Part shown: one piece after another, positions 27,346 through 41,480 of the stretch
Layout of the letters: every line of letters starts with the position of its first letter
Position numbering within the stretch: the stretch's first letter is position 1
Source of the DNA: Octopus bimaculoides
Taxonomy: Eukaryota
Direction of reading: 5' to 3'
Assembly: GCF_001194135.2 (NCBI RefSeq)
Contig: NC_068993.1
Location: forward strand, 35,568,387 to 35,632,386
Length of the DNA stretch: 64,000 nt
The notes under the pieces: generated by a model
What the model was told of the DNA's origin: nothing
Seen by the model: the letters and a program-made list of their open reading frames with translations, nothing else
The model's database searches: none
Program-made: the position numbers and the translations under genes

Positions 27346-29552
27346 ACGACCCCGATGACGTTGATAGTAGATAAATTGGTGCCTCGGGACAACGAATGGT
27401 TTGTGAAATGTGTTTATGGAAGTAGAACGAGTTAGCGAAAGTAGTGGTGAGAGGTTTTTACTTTTCTTGCTGCTCTTCAGATTAAAGGAATTCTTTCCAT
27501 GACCAGCTCTTCTCATTTTTCAGACGTAGCATGTTTAAAACTATTTCATCTTATGCGTCCTTTTTCTGTCAAAGATAATTTGATGTGATCTGAGATGGAT
27601 CGAGTTATTATTTCTGACGAAGCTACTAACTGTGCAAAGACAGCGTCATTGCTTTGTATAAATAAGAAACAGCTGATAGTGATTAGGATGGTTGTATTGA
27701 AGATCCTGATTGACATTTCTGCCGGGATTTCTAGCTATGGTGATGAAGCATTTATAGAGGTCAATAGATGTTTAGAGTAGTCATTGTGTGGTTTTCATTA
27801 AAATTAGTCAAACACTTCAACCAGTATAATAGTTACATTTTTTTTTTAAATTTCAGTAAAAGCCTTTGTCCAGATAAAGTATAAAGAGGACATTTTGCAA
27901 TCTGCGAGTAGAAAATATGGTTGAATTATATAAGATCATACATTTTCGTTATGAAACTCCTTGGATTTTCTTTAGTAATTTCTGTTAATATCTAACATAA
28001 AATTCATAAACATCTAAAAACCGATACATATTAGACGGGAGAAAATATATAAAAAAAAGATATTAAAACCACGCAAAGAAATAGTTGTTAGATCAAAAAT
28101 AATCCAATGCTTGCTTCTTTCTTGAAATATGAGAATAGGTGTCTATAAAACGCCACTTGATGAGAGATAGGAAATTTGGGAATCACTGATCAATATAAAA
28201 ATAGCTGAAAATGATGGGAAAAATAAGTCCGTCATTATCTGAAGATTTTGAGAGTTTAGGTGTGGGAATTTGAGCCGGGGGAATTTGAGGTGTGGGAATT
28301 GGAGCCGGGCATGTCTTTCTAGATTACAGAATTGTAATTTATAAATATTTTCATAATAAAATTCGAGATTATGTAATTCACTTACAAATGTCAAATAATA
28401 AATCCTACTGACATGCCACTTACTTATTTATGCCCTTAATAGGGCATGATTACTTCTAACGTTTATTCTTTCGCTCTCAGATATTATGGAAAAAAGATGA
28501 GCTTCATTATTCATTAGGATGTAGGTGCTTTATTGAAGAATACATGGGCATGTAGCATAATCAACGGCATAGCAGTCAACACAAATAAAGGCTTATGAGA
28601 ATATTCGAACTCACTAGTGTAAACTTTCAAAAAACACATGCTACCTTTTAAGCACTATCACTACATAGCAGCAAAACCTTCGAAGTCACTCAATCTGCAA
28701 GAAATAAAGAATAAACGCTCTTAAATCACATTTTCGCGTCCTAACGAAAGGGCATACTGGAAAATGTATTTCTAGATGCACAAAAAGAAAACAGTGATTA
28801 CAACAACTGGAATTAATCTGACCAGAGTTGTTGTATAAGGGATGATATGTAGCTTTATCTATTTATGGCTACGTATATTGCCGTATTGCATATATCATCA
28901 CTTGTAACAATAATTGTACTCAGTAGTCTCCAATTATACCGAAACTGCCATTTGCAGTTCTGTTATAAACCACACAAAGGCAGCTGAAGCCATTGTCGTT
29001 TATGCAATTGTAATGATTGATTTAGTGTTGATGTCGATGCTGTTGTTGCTGTGAACTGAATGTGTATTCTTTATGGTGTATATCTAACATAGTTTTCGAT
29101 AGGTTTATGGGTGGGTGGAAATATCTGTGTTTGTTATTTTAAGCGAATTTCAATGTATGTATTCTCTATGTATACACACGCATATAAGGAAGCATATATG
29201 CATTTATAAAATATGCGTATATATGGGAACTATATATATATGTGCATATACGTATATATCTCTGCTTCTATTTGTGTGTGTATATATAGGCATATAGTAT
29301 ATGGCTACACGCATATATGTACATGTTTTCTCATACTTGCATTGTCTGCTTCCCATGCCTATAAAGCCACACAAAATCAACAGCAACAAATATTCCTTTT
29401 CATTAGAATAATTATATATTTCATGTTAAATATAATTTCCTATTGATTTTTATGTCTGTAACGAATGGTAAGGCATATTACAATGAAATATTTTACAACT
29501 TCCATTAAGACATATTCATCGTTTCAATATCTATAAGCAAAAATCATTTCAT

Positions 29553-29553
29553 T

Positions 29554-29642
<89 letters not shown>

Positions 29643-29781
29643 GATATTTGTATTATCATTTGTGTTATGAGTACCGTTATTATAATTCCTCCCAACTTCT
29701 GTCAATTTTTTCTGCCAACTAACTTGTATGTATGTTTTGTTATGTAAAACCAAAATTATTACCATCGTCATCAGTAACAGA

Positions 29782-29843
<62 letters not shown>
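29553..29843. repeat. (CAT)n/(TAT)n and (AAT)n microsatellites
   Basis: Tracts at 29553-29640 and 29782-29843. Confidence 0.9.
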
Positions 29844-29845
<2 letters not shown>

Positions 29846-31989
29846 GTAAAATCATGGAACCATAGAAATCATAGCTAAAATAATTTTTCTCTCAGAATGA
29901 ACAGACATTATTGTAAGTGTGTGATGTTAACCTTTTCAAGGTATCTGAGAAATAACTTCCATCTATTTTAAAGTAACAAACACTATTTTACTCCTCGTAT
30001 GCTCTCCCATATATTAATATAAAAATGAATTGCAGCAGCTATTAAGATGTTGCTATAACTGATGTTTTTGTTCTCGATGTTGTTCTTATTGCAGTTGTTG
30101 CTGTTGTTGCTTTTGTTATTTTTCCTGTTGTTGTTGCTGTTGTTGTTGTTGTTGTTCTTCTTCTTCTTCTTCTTCTTCCTGATGTGACGTTTCTGTTGTA
30201 CTTTTCTCCATTTCAACCCCAATTTGATACATGTAACAAATTCCCACTCGGCTCCGATGGCCGTTTCTTACTCAATCAATTTGGTCATCTGTGGTTATGT
30301 GAGAAACGGATATGTGACAAGCTAAATTTCCACTATAAGGCTGAACATTGGCTTTAGGGCCTTTATTTTCGGACACGAACTCACAAATGGCTCACTTCAT
30401 TTATCTTTGCTTATTACAGAAGAGAAAATGGATCCACACGAAACATTTTTAAACCTGCCTTCATATTTTATGGAACGGTTACAGTTCAGCTCTTATATTT
30501 CAAATTATATAGTTGAAAACACGGTATTGAATATTTTCCTTAAATTATAACCCACGAGTCCAAAAAGTTAGAGGTCTTAAAGGTAATTAAAGTAAAATAT
30601 AAATATTTTAGGAGTACCAGACTAACTAATCTACACATACAGTACATTTCAACAGAATAACCTGTAATAATTAGGTGACTGTTTAATTCAAAACAACCAC
30701 AGGGCATTAAAGATCACTGAAGGAGTAAAGTTTATATATACATATAGATATATGCAAATCAGCTGCCACTTTCACCTGGCATATTCAAATACATGGTCAC
30801 AACTCAATCGGTGATATCAAAACACAGAAGCTCAAGTATTGCATCTGTGAACGTACTTATATAACAGAAGCTTAGCTGAGGAGCTACCTGCGAGTGCAGA
30901 ATCTTGCAAGGTTCAATGAAGAGATTGCACTCTTCTGGCTACAAGGAGCAAGCAATCAGCAGAAACATAAACATACATGAATACATATACATATATATAC
31001 GCACATGTACATCTATCTACCTATCTATCTCTCTATCTATCTGTCTATCTATCTAACTATCTATCTATCTATCTATATATATATATATAAGAGATAGCGG
31101 TACAAAGAGGCACCAATGTTTGCTGCAAATAGCGAATGATACAACGGTATGTACAACTTCACTGAAATATATACTGGCAAAGATGTATGCAAACAGTGAA
31201 CTTTAAAACTTTCGTCTTACCTCTAAGCAGAACAACCCAGAATAGATAATCTAGGACTTGAGTTTCGGACTGTCGAAAATACGGTTGTTATCGTAAATTT
31301 GATTTACGTCATCAGCTAGATTCACCTATGACGAAATTTTAAAATATCGCTACATCTTGCCAGTGTATTCCGCTAAACGCCTAGCCGTGAACAACTGAGA
31401 TCTGTGAAAAGGTTTTGTATAAAAACTTTAAATATCATTGCAGTACAACAGTATCACTTTCCACCTAAATAAAGCAACGTTAAGGTAGAATTATAAATAA
31501 GAAATAGTGGTATATATAAGAAATATATATATACCCACATTCTTCTGCTTGATATCCGTACGTTTTTTTTTGCCTGTATATGTATAATTATTATAATTAT
31601 TTTAGCTTGACTTGTTTGTTTTCGTCATTGTCCTGTACGTTCGTTAGCTTTTCCCAGTGTGTTTTTTTTTGTTTTTTGTTTGGGGGGGGGCCGTTTGCAC
31701 TGGCGACGCCAATGTGAGAGTCTCAACGATAACGGTGCAAAACTATTATGATCTCTTCGACGTTGAAAGAGGAATTAAGAACGAATTTTCCGCGTGTTCA
31801 GTTTTGACAAAGTTTGCGAGGTTTTGTTAAATTTACCGGTTTTATATATATATATATATTAACAAGACAAACTAGATAGAGTAGATTGAACAAATGACAT
31901 CAAGATTTCTACCATATGAAAGAACTTTTCTCTGTGGCAACTACAGTGAATTCGCATCTAGAAGTTGAAATATTGCACAGACATATTTT

Positions 31990-32215
31990 AACTAACCTAA
32001 ATTTCGCTTACGCCTAAATACTGCTTGGCGCTGACGATCGCTAGATACTACGCATTCCTTTTTTCTTTCTGTGTTTCTCTCCTTGTTCCTTTCTGTGTTC
32101 CTTTCTGTGGAAGAGCATAAGCTCGAAACGTTAAAGACTTTTCACTTCCCGAGCGTTATAGTAATACATCTGTTTGTTTTCTACACCACCTATCTTTGTC
32201 TTTTGTTTTACTGAA
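31990..32215 (+). mobile_element. Solo Penelope-type terminal repeat with a variant hammerhead motif (32101-32136)
   Basis: CTTT-CTGTGGA-A-GAGC-ATAA-GCTC-GAAA-CGTT-AAAG. The flanks (ttcacttcccgagcgtt...ctacaccacc) are shared with 47690-47830. Confidence 0.65.
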
Positions 32216-32256
<41 letters not shown>

Positions 32257-32814
32257 CATATATANNNNNNNNNNNNNNNNNNNNNNNNNNNNNNNNNNNN
32301 NNNNNNNNNNNNNNNNNNNNNNNNNNNNNNNNNNNNNNNNNNNNNNNNNNNNNNNNNNNNNNNNNNNNNNNNNNNNNNNNNNNNNNNNNNNNNNNNNNNN
32401 NNNNNNNNNNNNNNNNNNNNNNNNNNNNNNNNNNNNNNNNNNNNNNNNNNNNNNNNNNNNNATATATATATATATATATATACATACATATATATATATA
32501 TGCAAATTTAGGGAATGGAGAAAGTAAAATCCAGGCTACTTATGTTACCATACTAGCGGAACCTCGGAAGTAGTAATTACTCAACGAAGGGCACTCCGCT
32601 AGCTACTCGTAAAGCCAAAGATACCTTAGCCAAATAAACGTTACACTGTCGTGAAAGGATCCCATGTTAACTCGAAAATGCATAAAAAAGGACAAGCCCT
32701 ATATATAGTAGATCTTTTTTATTGTTAGCCTTATATATAGTTGATCTTTGAATGGTTGCGTAATTCTTAACGTTTAGATGCTAACTCGAGAATCTCAGTT
32801 TTCTAATACACCAC

Positions 32815-33060
32815 ATTGCCTAGTTATTAAAGGGCTTTGCAGGGACGATTGCCAAGTCGCGGTTTGAATTCCAGACCTAGCAATCTGTTGTATTCTTGAG
32901 CGAAACGATTTATTTCACGGTACCTCAGTCCACTCCGCTGTAACAGAGAAACCAATTGACAGACGGGCGTCCTGTTCAGAGCTTCGGTATTGTTATCTTT
33001 TCTAATTATACGCCATGGAAACCGGGTAAAAAGTCCTTCCAGTCTCTTAGGACTCGAGAG
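32815..33060 (+). mobile_element. tRNA-derived SINE, family 3 (Meta/V-domain-like core), old copy
   Basis: B-box-like GGTTTGAATTCC (32861-32872), then tcttgagcgaaacgatttatttcacg...cagtccactc, which resembles the core of the 53219 copy. Confidence 0.55.
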
Positions 33061-33523
33061 AGTACTAACTTACTAAGTACAAAAATATCTTAAATGTAAA
33101 AGATATTTTCAGATTATACTTAACAACCTTTTTATTCAGCAATATTAAATCGCTTGAAACGTTTCAATTTATTGCTATCTTTTATTTGCAGAACTTTCTT
33201 CGTATTCGTACATAAAAAAAATATTAAAGGTTTTGAACCATGCAGCCTTACTTTTATTGATGACCTGGAACGGAATTTACAAGTCTTGTTTCCACGAATT
33301 TAGTATAAGAGAATCAGTGTTCCGTAACACAATAATGCTAATAATTTTTTAATGATCAGAAAATATATATATACTATACCATAATTTCAAAAACAGTACC
33401 TATGTTTTAGGAAAAGAGACAGGACGTTTTAGTCTTTAGTAAATATATTTAGCAATTTAGCAGCAGACATTCATTGAAGTGGTCTACAGAATTAAATTGT
33501 ACAATCTCTTACTCTCTCTCTTA

Positions 33524-33575
<52 letters not shown>

Positions 33576-34029
33576 CTCTCTCTTTCTCTCTCTCTTTCTC
33601 TGCTTAATTGACGGCTTATGCTAGCTGTACGATACGCCTCTCTCAGTCATTAAAATTAGTCTTTGTAAGCTGTAGCAAAAATGAAAACCAAGGAGTGGTA
33701 GATACAATATAAATTCTCAGCATGTAAAAATATCTTAAATCGAGCAAGTATATGACTGAATGGCTGTACACTAAATATCTCTAAGGCTATATAATATAAC
33801 CATAATTAGAACTGAAAATTCTATAAATTTGACGTTAAAATTTGTTATACGCTGACTCCTCTTCATAACGTACAAAACTAAATATGAACATCTGACGACA
33901 TTTTACTTCTCTTCTGGAGCATTGATAGGGTAAAGGATTGTAAGTGATGTTGTGTTTCGAACGGCTATAAATTTCTTTGAAATCACACCTTAATGTTTGA
34001 AAAGGGATAGGTACTGCTGAGGGTCAGAG

Positions 34030-34161
34030 GCGCCTTTCGCTCATACGCGCTCGATGAAATAAGTACCAGTTGAGCATAGCTATCAACGTAATCAATTCAC
34101 TCCTTCCCTTCACTCAAAATGGCTTTGTATCCAAAATTAGATAGAATTGTTATCATTATTA
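34030..34161 (+). mobile_element. SINE family 1, 3' portion (diverged)
   Basis: cgatgaaataagtaccagttgagcat...gtaatcaatt...ccaaaattagatagaattgttatcattatt. Confidence 0.55.
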
Positions 34162-36009
34162 TTAAATCCGTTTAAGAGACAGGCTTCGATAGATTGTAGT
34201 AGTGTTGAAATTCTCCTTTCCTAGTAAGAATACATTCATTCGGCTTGATTGTTTTGATCTAAACACTTTCAATGAAATAAACTCTCCACACTTCTCCAAT
34301 GCACAACATGGCTCATATGAAAATTAACGATCGACTGGAAAACAGTTTCATATGGTGTTACAGCAAAGTTTATACAGTATAGGAAATCTTTAGTGATGAT
34401 GTATTATATTAAGAAATTACTAAAATTAATGCATCAATACATGCAAAAACATTAATCAGTCATTTGCTCAGTTAGTTAATACTAATTAATACTAATCCTA
34501 CTTTATTTGTCTTTTATTCAAATATATTATCAGTAATGACTTACACGACTAAATGAGCGATTAATTAATTTTCGAGTAGTCTAACTCACGGTTTATAGTA
34601 CAAACGATAGTATACTGCTAAATCGTATATAGGTGAGGTATTAAGTCTTAATTAGGCTGATTAGTACGTTTATAATCGATATCAATCATCTATTACAACT
34701 AGTGTTAGTTTAAATTACTTTCTATTGTGCTTTATCTATTTGTTATGCAACGAGTTCCATGAAGGAAACAAAAGCTATTATTTTACATTTACTCGACCAT
34801 TCTCACCAAATTTCAGTTATTGAACTCATTATTATAGTGTTCATAAAAATCTAACATATACGGATTTTTTTTTTTTTTTTTTTTGAAGGATAACTTTCTC
34901 AGCAGGGGTTGGATGCATAGCCAGTATAATAGATCACACAATTACTTGATCATATTTTTTTCTAATTTGTGAAAGGCCGAAAAGTAAGATATGAACCCAA
35001 AGAGAATTCTAAATATTTTTACTCATTTATTGCATTGTCTCACCATTTTCTTAAACTCAATAAATGTTCTAATTATACAGTGTATTTTCACTAGACGGAA
35101 AGAAACTTCTAGCTCAAGCTTATAAGATAGGAAAACAGGACCGTACGACGTTCGTGCTCCCCCCACTAGTATTGTCAAACTTGTAATCCGAACTTAAACC
35201 AAACCTAAATATGTGTTAGATCTCGACTCGCCATTAGTTCACATCGTATTCCACGTCTCGAAATATATTTAACTAATATAATTAATTCTCAAACTATTGT
35301 ATCTGACAGTACTAGCCCCCAGCAATTATGTAACTGCTACATTCTACTTGAATTTGGGCAAGGATTTTAAACGACAGTATTAAAACAGCTAACTTTAAAA
35401 TGGGATTCTGTGTAAGTTATTTACTATAGTAAACAGCAGAAGCTTGTAACCGACATATACTTAGCTTTTCTGTACAACAGCAATATTAATTAACCAACTA
35501 TGTCTATCAAATTCAGGTACCTGAGCAACAATTTCTAGTGGCTTCACACTAGACAAAACAGATAATAAACCGCCTCAAATAAGCATCCGTGATTATATGA
35601 AGTCTCTGAATGAGCGTCCTCTTAAACAATCATTATAAGCTCCGTAGCAATGTTTTGGTCTAGTGGATATCCCAATAACAAATATCGTCGGATTTAGATA
35701 TTTAAGCATTCTGCTAAAACATTATCTGTATCTTTCGTAGAAAAAGTAAGCGAGCTCAAATATTTATTACTATAATGTATGTAGAATATAAAATTATTAG
35801 TAATATAAATATAAAATGTACTCAGGTGCAATGATGTTATGCTTCATATATGGTTCTAATAATATCTTGAATATAAAATTCATCAAATTTTATTTATAGA
35901 TATTTAATTAAGAACAAAAGAAGTTTTTGCATCATATTGCTAAAATAAGCTTAACATTATCGAAGATTGACATAAACTAAATGTGTATGTGTGAGTGTGT
36001 GTGTACGTA

Positions 36010-36042
<33 letters not shown>

Positions 36043-36716
36043 TGTAAGTGAACGTATTAATAATATGTTCTTTAATACTTTAAATCTCATACAAGTATAA
36101 CAAAAGGGATATTAAGACGCTTAAAATTCTTTTGGATTTCAGCTGCTTATTACCAGTTTGTAACGCTTTAGGTTCTTTCTCGTGTTTCGTTAATGTATAT
36201 ATTAATATTCTTTTACATACGGAATATTACAGTCTTACTTATGAAGTGAGAAAATAATTTTAAAATGCAGTTTCTTTAATGCTACTTTTGCAGTAGTCAC
36301 AAGAATAGCCATATCTAGCAATTGTATTTTCCGTCACGCACAGATTAATATGAATATATGTACACCTACGCATGGATGCATGTTTAAGGGTTTTAAACCA
36401 CATACAGATACGAACACTCATGCAGCACACACACACAGAGTTAAACATGCATATAGGTATATAGAAAGAGAAAGGCAATCAGAGACATATATACATATGT
36501 ATATGTGAACATTTACAATCACAATAGACAAATGTGCACGTGCTAACGTGGATAAGTACTATATGTACTCGAGGACAAGTCGAACCCTAGGTTTTTCAGC
36601 TAAACACAAGAATAAAATAGTGCGAATTATACATGAGTAAATATGCTACTTTATTTTTGCTAATCTAATATTTATTGAAATGCTTATATCCAGTAGTATA
36701 TGAAAATAGTTTCAGT

Positions 36717-36875
<159 letters not shown>

Positions 36876-37265
36876 GAGAGTGTGTAGTGGGTCCAGTAAT
36901 TATATTTGTGATCTCGTTCAAAAACACGAAGTACTCAACCGGAAGAAGTGTGTAGAGTCTGTTATAATTGTGTCTAGGTGAACCGGAGTAATTTCTCGTA
37001 CGGTTAACGTTATTGCTGTAATACATTTCAACCTGTTAAGGAATAATTTCATATTAATTAAGACGGAAACAAGTATTTTACTTTGTCTCACTGGAGTTAA
37101 AAACCGCATATCGAAAAATGTTATGCTAAATGTCTTAATTTATTGAGTTCAGGTACTATTGAAAAACATTTTCTAATGTCTCAAATACCGGTAAATCTAG
37201 AGAAACGTCTATGTTGTAGCTAAGGAATCTCTGATACCAGTGCATTCTTCTATTGAAATAGCTAT

Positions 37266-37449
37266 TACTCTTTTATTTGTTTCGTTCATTTCACAGCGGC
37301 CATGCTGGAGCACCGCCTTTAGTCGAACAAATCGACCCCAGGACTTACAAACCGATAAGTTACGGGGACGCAGACACACAAACATCCATTGTCAAGCGAT
37401 AGTGGGCGGACAAATACAGACACGCAAGCATATACATATACATACATAT

Positions 37450-37505
<56 letters not shown>

Positions 37506-37723
37506 GTAGGTAGGTACATACATACATACATACATACATACATACATACATACATACATACATACATGCATCGATATACATATACGTCTACCAAATCTAC
37601 TCACAAGGCTTTGGGCGGTTCGAGGCTATAGTAGAAGAAACTTGCCCAAGGTCCCATGCAGTGCGATTGAACCCGGAACCATGTGTTTGGTAAGCAAGCT
37701 ACTTATCACACAGCCACTCGTAC
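37266..37723 (-). mobile_element. tRNA-derived SINE, family 2, with internal (TAGA)/(CATA) tract
   Basis: Minus strand: gtggctgtgtgataagtagcttgc...ccgggttcaatc...cttgggcaag...ccttgtgagtagatttggtagac, a microsatellite, then ccccgtaactta...ggtgctccagcatggccgc. Homologous to 43053, 48118, 57445 and 57886. Confidence 0.85.
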
Positions 37724-37835
37724 ACAATTGTACTGCCTTGTGCATTGATACTACTTTAACAAGCCTTTCAATTACATCTATGTAGACTGGATCTGCTCAG
37801 TGACAGTTATGCTTTATCTTATATTTCAATAATAT

Positions 37836-37910
37836 AAATCGACCCTAGTACTTCGTTGACACTTTATTTTATCGGTTAAGAAAAAATAAATGCAAAATCG
37901 ACCTCGGTGA
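37836..37910 (-). mobile_element. SINE family 1 fragment
   Basis: aaatcgaccctagtact...ttttatcg...aaaatcgacctcgg is the reverse complement of the family-1 body. Confidence 0.55.
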
Positions 37911-38004
37911 TTCTTTGAAATTTGTACGTGAAAGACCGTCACTATATAGACTTAAACATTTTGTCCGACACTCTCGCACTTATAAAGGTTATTTTTATTT
38001 TGTT

Positions 38005-39044
38005 TATTACCTTCGCCTTAGCGAAGGCGGCAGTATTGTTTTCAGTCGTGTTTGTTTGTTTGCTTCTTCGTATGTTTGTCCGTGGACAAGATATCTCAAG
38101 AACTGTAGGATGGATTCGAATGAAACTTTGGCCTCGTGACTGGCACGAACTGATTAGATTTTGGGATCGATCTGATAGCGGAGAGGGATTCTGTACTATT
38201 TGTCATATTTACCTTAGTTTACATGGAGTATTACGTTCTTACGTTGACTTTCAAGTCTTTCTCTGATCATTTCCCTTGAAAGCATGCTCATGGTTTCCAC
38301 GTAAACTATGGCGGTGTTGCTGTTTCCAAAGTTCTGCATTTGTTTCTTTATTATTAATTTTACTCGCGTCTCTATCTTACTAGAAAGTGATGGATAAGGA
38401 AATCAAACTTCATAAACAAACAGCAGCAAAATCGTTTAGAAATTAAATAAAACTAACATATTCAGTAACAATAATAAATTTAATTTATCCTCAACAATTT
38501 TTAGCTTTACCAATTTTGAATATATCGCTTCTGTTTAAAACTTCTTACCTACTTGACACTTGCATTTCTAGCTCTGCCTTGAAGGAAGCTTTACTTCTGG
38601 GACTCACTTCTGTTAGCAGCACCGTAAGCAGGTCCTTTCTGTTTTCTTTCACGAATGGATAAGTTTTTCACTATAGACCTTGTCGTAAAAGCACTATATC
38701 AGTGGATAGACTAACACAGGCCTTGATAGACAAAACTGTCCCTGTTCCCACGGCAGACGACACACAAAAAGCATTATAAACACGGTCCGCAAACCCACCT
38801 TCTCATTCCATGACTACCATTGGGATCGATTAGGTACCGAACAAGGATTCTGGATTATTTTTCCGTTTTTTTTTGTTTTTTTTTACTTAATTTTTGAGAG
38901 CGGTCGGGTTTATTTTTAGCATTCACGTTTGTGAGAGCGGTCGGGTTCATTTCAGATATTCTCATTTTAAAAAACATCTCCGGCTAATCCTTGTGAGGAC
39001 GTTGATGTTGCCTTGGCGGAGGTTTGCGCTCTCTGAGTGATCTT
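38005..39044 (+). mobile_element. Non-autonomous Helentron/Helitron2-type element (HINE/DINE-1-like)
   Basis: 5' TATTACCTTCGCC subTIR inside the hairpin CCTTCGC-CTTA-GCGAAGG, followed by a (GTTT)n-like tract. 3' CCTTGGCGGAGGT subTIR (39011-39023) followed by the stem-loop GCGCTC-TCT-GAGTG and a T-rich flank. Confidence 0.7.
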
Positions 39045-40223
39045 GTTTATTTTTTGCTTTATAGCAAACACATCACTGAAATGTTATATTACAGTAATGT
39101 ATTATACAATGCTCAATCACATTTAATGCTATCTTGCTAGAGCTACCTTAATGGTTTCAATGGATTGTTTATAGAGAGAGAGGGGTGAAAGAGAGAGGGA
39201 AACAGAGGCAGAATCAGAGAGAGAGAGAGAGCGAGAGAGAGACAACACGTTTTGGGTCGATAATTTTACTTTGTTTATTGCTGATACCAGTTCAATAAGT
39301 AAAGACAATTCTTTGTTATGGAGGATCAATTCCCAAGTTTATGATACGAGTCTTGTGAATTGATACATATTTACACACCAGAAGTCAATCTTCTATGTTA
39401 TGTGAATAAGTATAGCAGAGAATTATGGGTACGCAAATGTCACGTTAAAACAACCTCATACAATTGGACTATACATAATATACCACAAAACTATATAATA
39501 TATGTGTACAATTGTCTAGTTTGTCATTCATTTTCGCTATGCACAATTTTACATTTAAAAATAACCTGACTTTAAAGAATGCATCTCATATAATTTTCTC
39601 ATTATTTTACATAGCTTCAAATACTTGCAAGCAGATTAACAAACACATAAAAGAAACAATTTTATTTTTCCGACTTTGATCTTTGTCTAATCCGAGATAT
39701 CATTCTTTCCTCAGCATTTGATATGTAATGGCTGTTGCTCAATCAGCGGAATAAAAAAAAGTAACGTGCTTCCAAATCATCATCTATTTTTCAACCCCTA
39801 ATGAACACAACAAAGATGCCGTATAACATCAAAGAGCTCCAATTATTACCAAATTATCACTAGTTGTTTTACCTAATCATGCTGTCCTAGCTTTATGATT
39901 AAGTAACATCTGTCTATCACCAGTGTTTCAATAATAGAATTAGCACAAACATCCTAACACTCAGGTGAAATGATTTAGCGTTCATTTATTATTCTTTGTG
40001 TTATCGTTCATTGCTTGCTGCTTCATATACAAACAATACTATAGACAAACAATATTGACTTCGAATAAAACATATCATGTATTGATTGTTATCCACCAAC
40101 CTGCCACTTATGGTGTGATAATAGACTAGTTTATCAGTTATAATTAATTACAATGACATCTCGGCAACGATGTTATTACAATAGGTGGTAGTTCTCTTTT
40201 AACTGACACACATTTCATATGCA

Positions 40224-40276
<53 letters not shown>

Positions 40277-41448
40277 GAATAGGTAAATAGACAGGCGACA
40301 AACAGGTAAGCTCAGAGGTGGATAGATGCGCGGACAGACTGTTGGACACGTAATATAAATACACACACATTCACATGCATAATACATGCATGCATACATA
40401 CATACATACATACATACATGCATACATACATACATACATACATACTTATAATACACCTTATAGATAAAATAACTACTTATACGCTTAGCAATGTTGCTAG
40501 ATCGTCAATTGTTTGACTTTAAATATCGAGTATAGCCTATTAAGTGATCATTGCATCTGCTGTTTCCTTATAAAACTCTTGTATTTGGTAGATATAGTAT
40601 CAGATGATTGAAAGGTAAAAATCTAGAAGCAAAAGAGACACCGAATACTTTAGTTTCTACACAATTTTCTTCTTTTACTTCTGCTTCATTAGCATCTGCA
40701 TATGTCATTACAGATGTATCTATCTAAAGTAGTAAAGAGAAGAAAAAAAATTGCCAGCGAAAATGGAACCAAGACCATAGCCTCCATCAGATGGGAGTTA
40801 TTTCGATTCACAGACTATCTAGCACGTCATTACAACCACCATAAACAACAATGAGATCTCTGTAAAGTAACTATGCAATCGCATATTATTATCCGTCTAC
40901 AACCTGTTCACCTGTCCTGTTAATATCGTTGCAAATGAGAAGTGCATAACAATTTCCTATAGGCCTGTCCCTATTAATTTTCAGCATTACCTTTATAGAA
41001 ATACGTAACTATACCGCTTAATAACTTCTATCTCCTCATTATATAAATGCGTCAGCGATTCTATTTGTGTCACAGAATCCGCCATACAAATAATATTTTT
41101 TGTGTAAGAGAAGGCTTAGTTCTATATGCATTGAAATTGTGCATATGTGAGAACTTGTATGCATGTTGGAGTATGTATGTGTTCGAGTGTGTGTGTGTGA
41201 GTAAGGAAGTAACCATATCAATTTTGTTTATGTCTAAAAGATCCTTTCGCACTTCAGCGTGAGTGACTGTATGATTGTATGGTGGGGGGGGCGTTTGTAA
41301 ATTACGGTAATATTCGCAAATGCTTTTACATGAATGTTTTCATAACGTCAGTGCAAATAATACTTCCAAAAGTGCTATACCTATTCTAACACAAACAATA
41401 ACTATTTAATATAATTATACGGAAATTATACGGAAATAACAACCATCA

Positions 41449-41480
<32 letters not shown>

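Noticed and set aside
30874-30981. Short protein-like frame LRSYLRVQNLARFNEEIALFWLQ
   Set aside because: Bounded by stops, with no recognisable family and no clear donor site.
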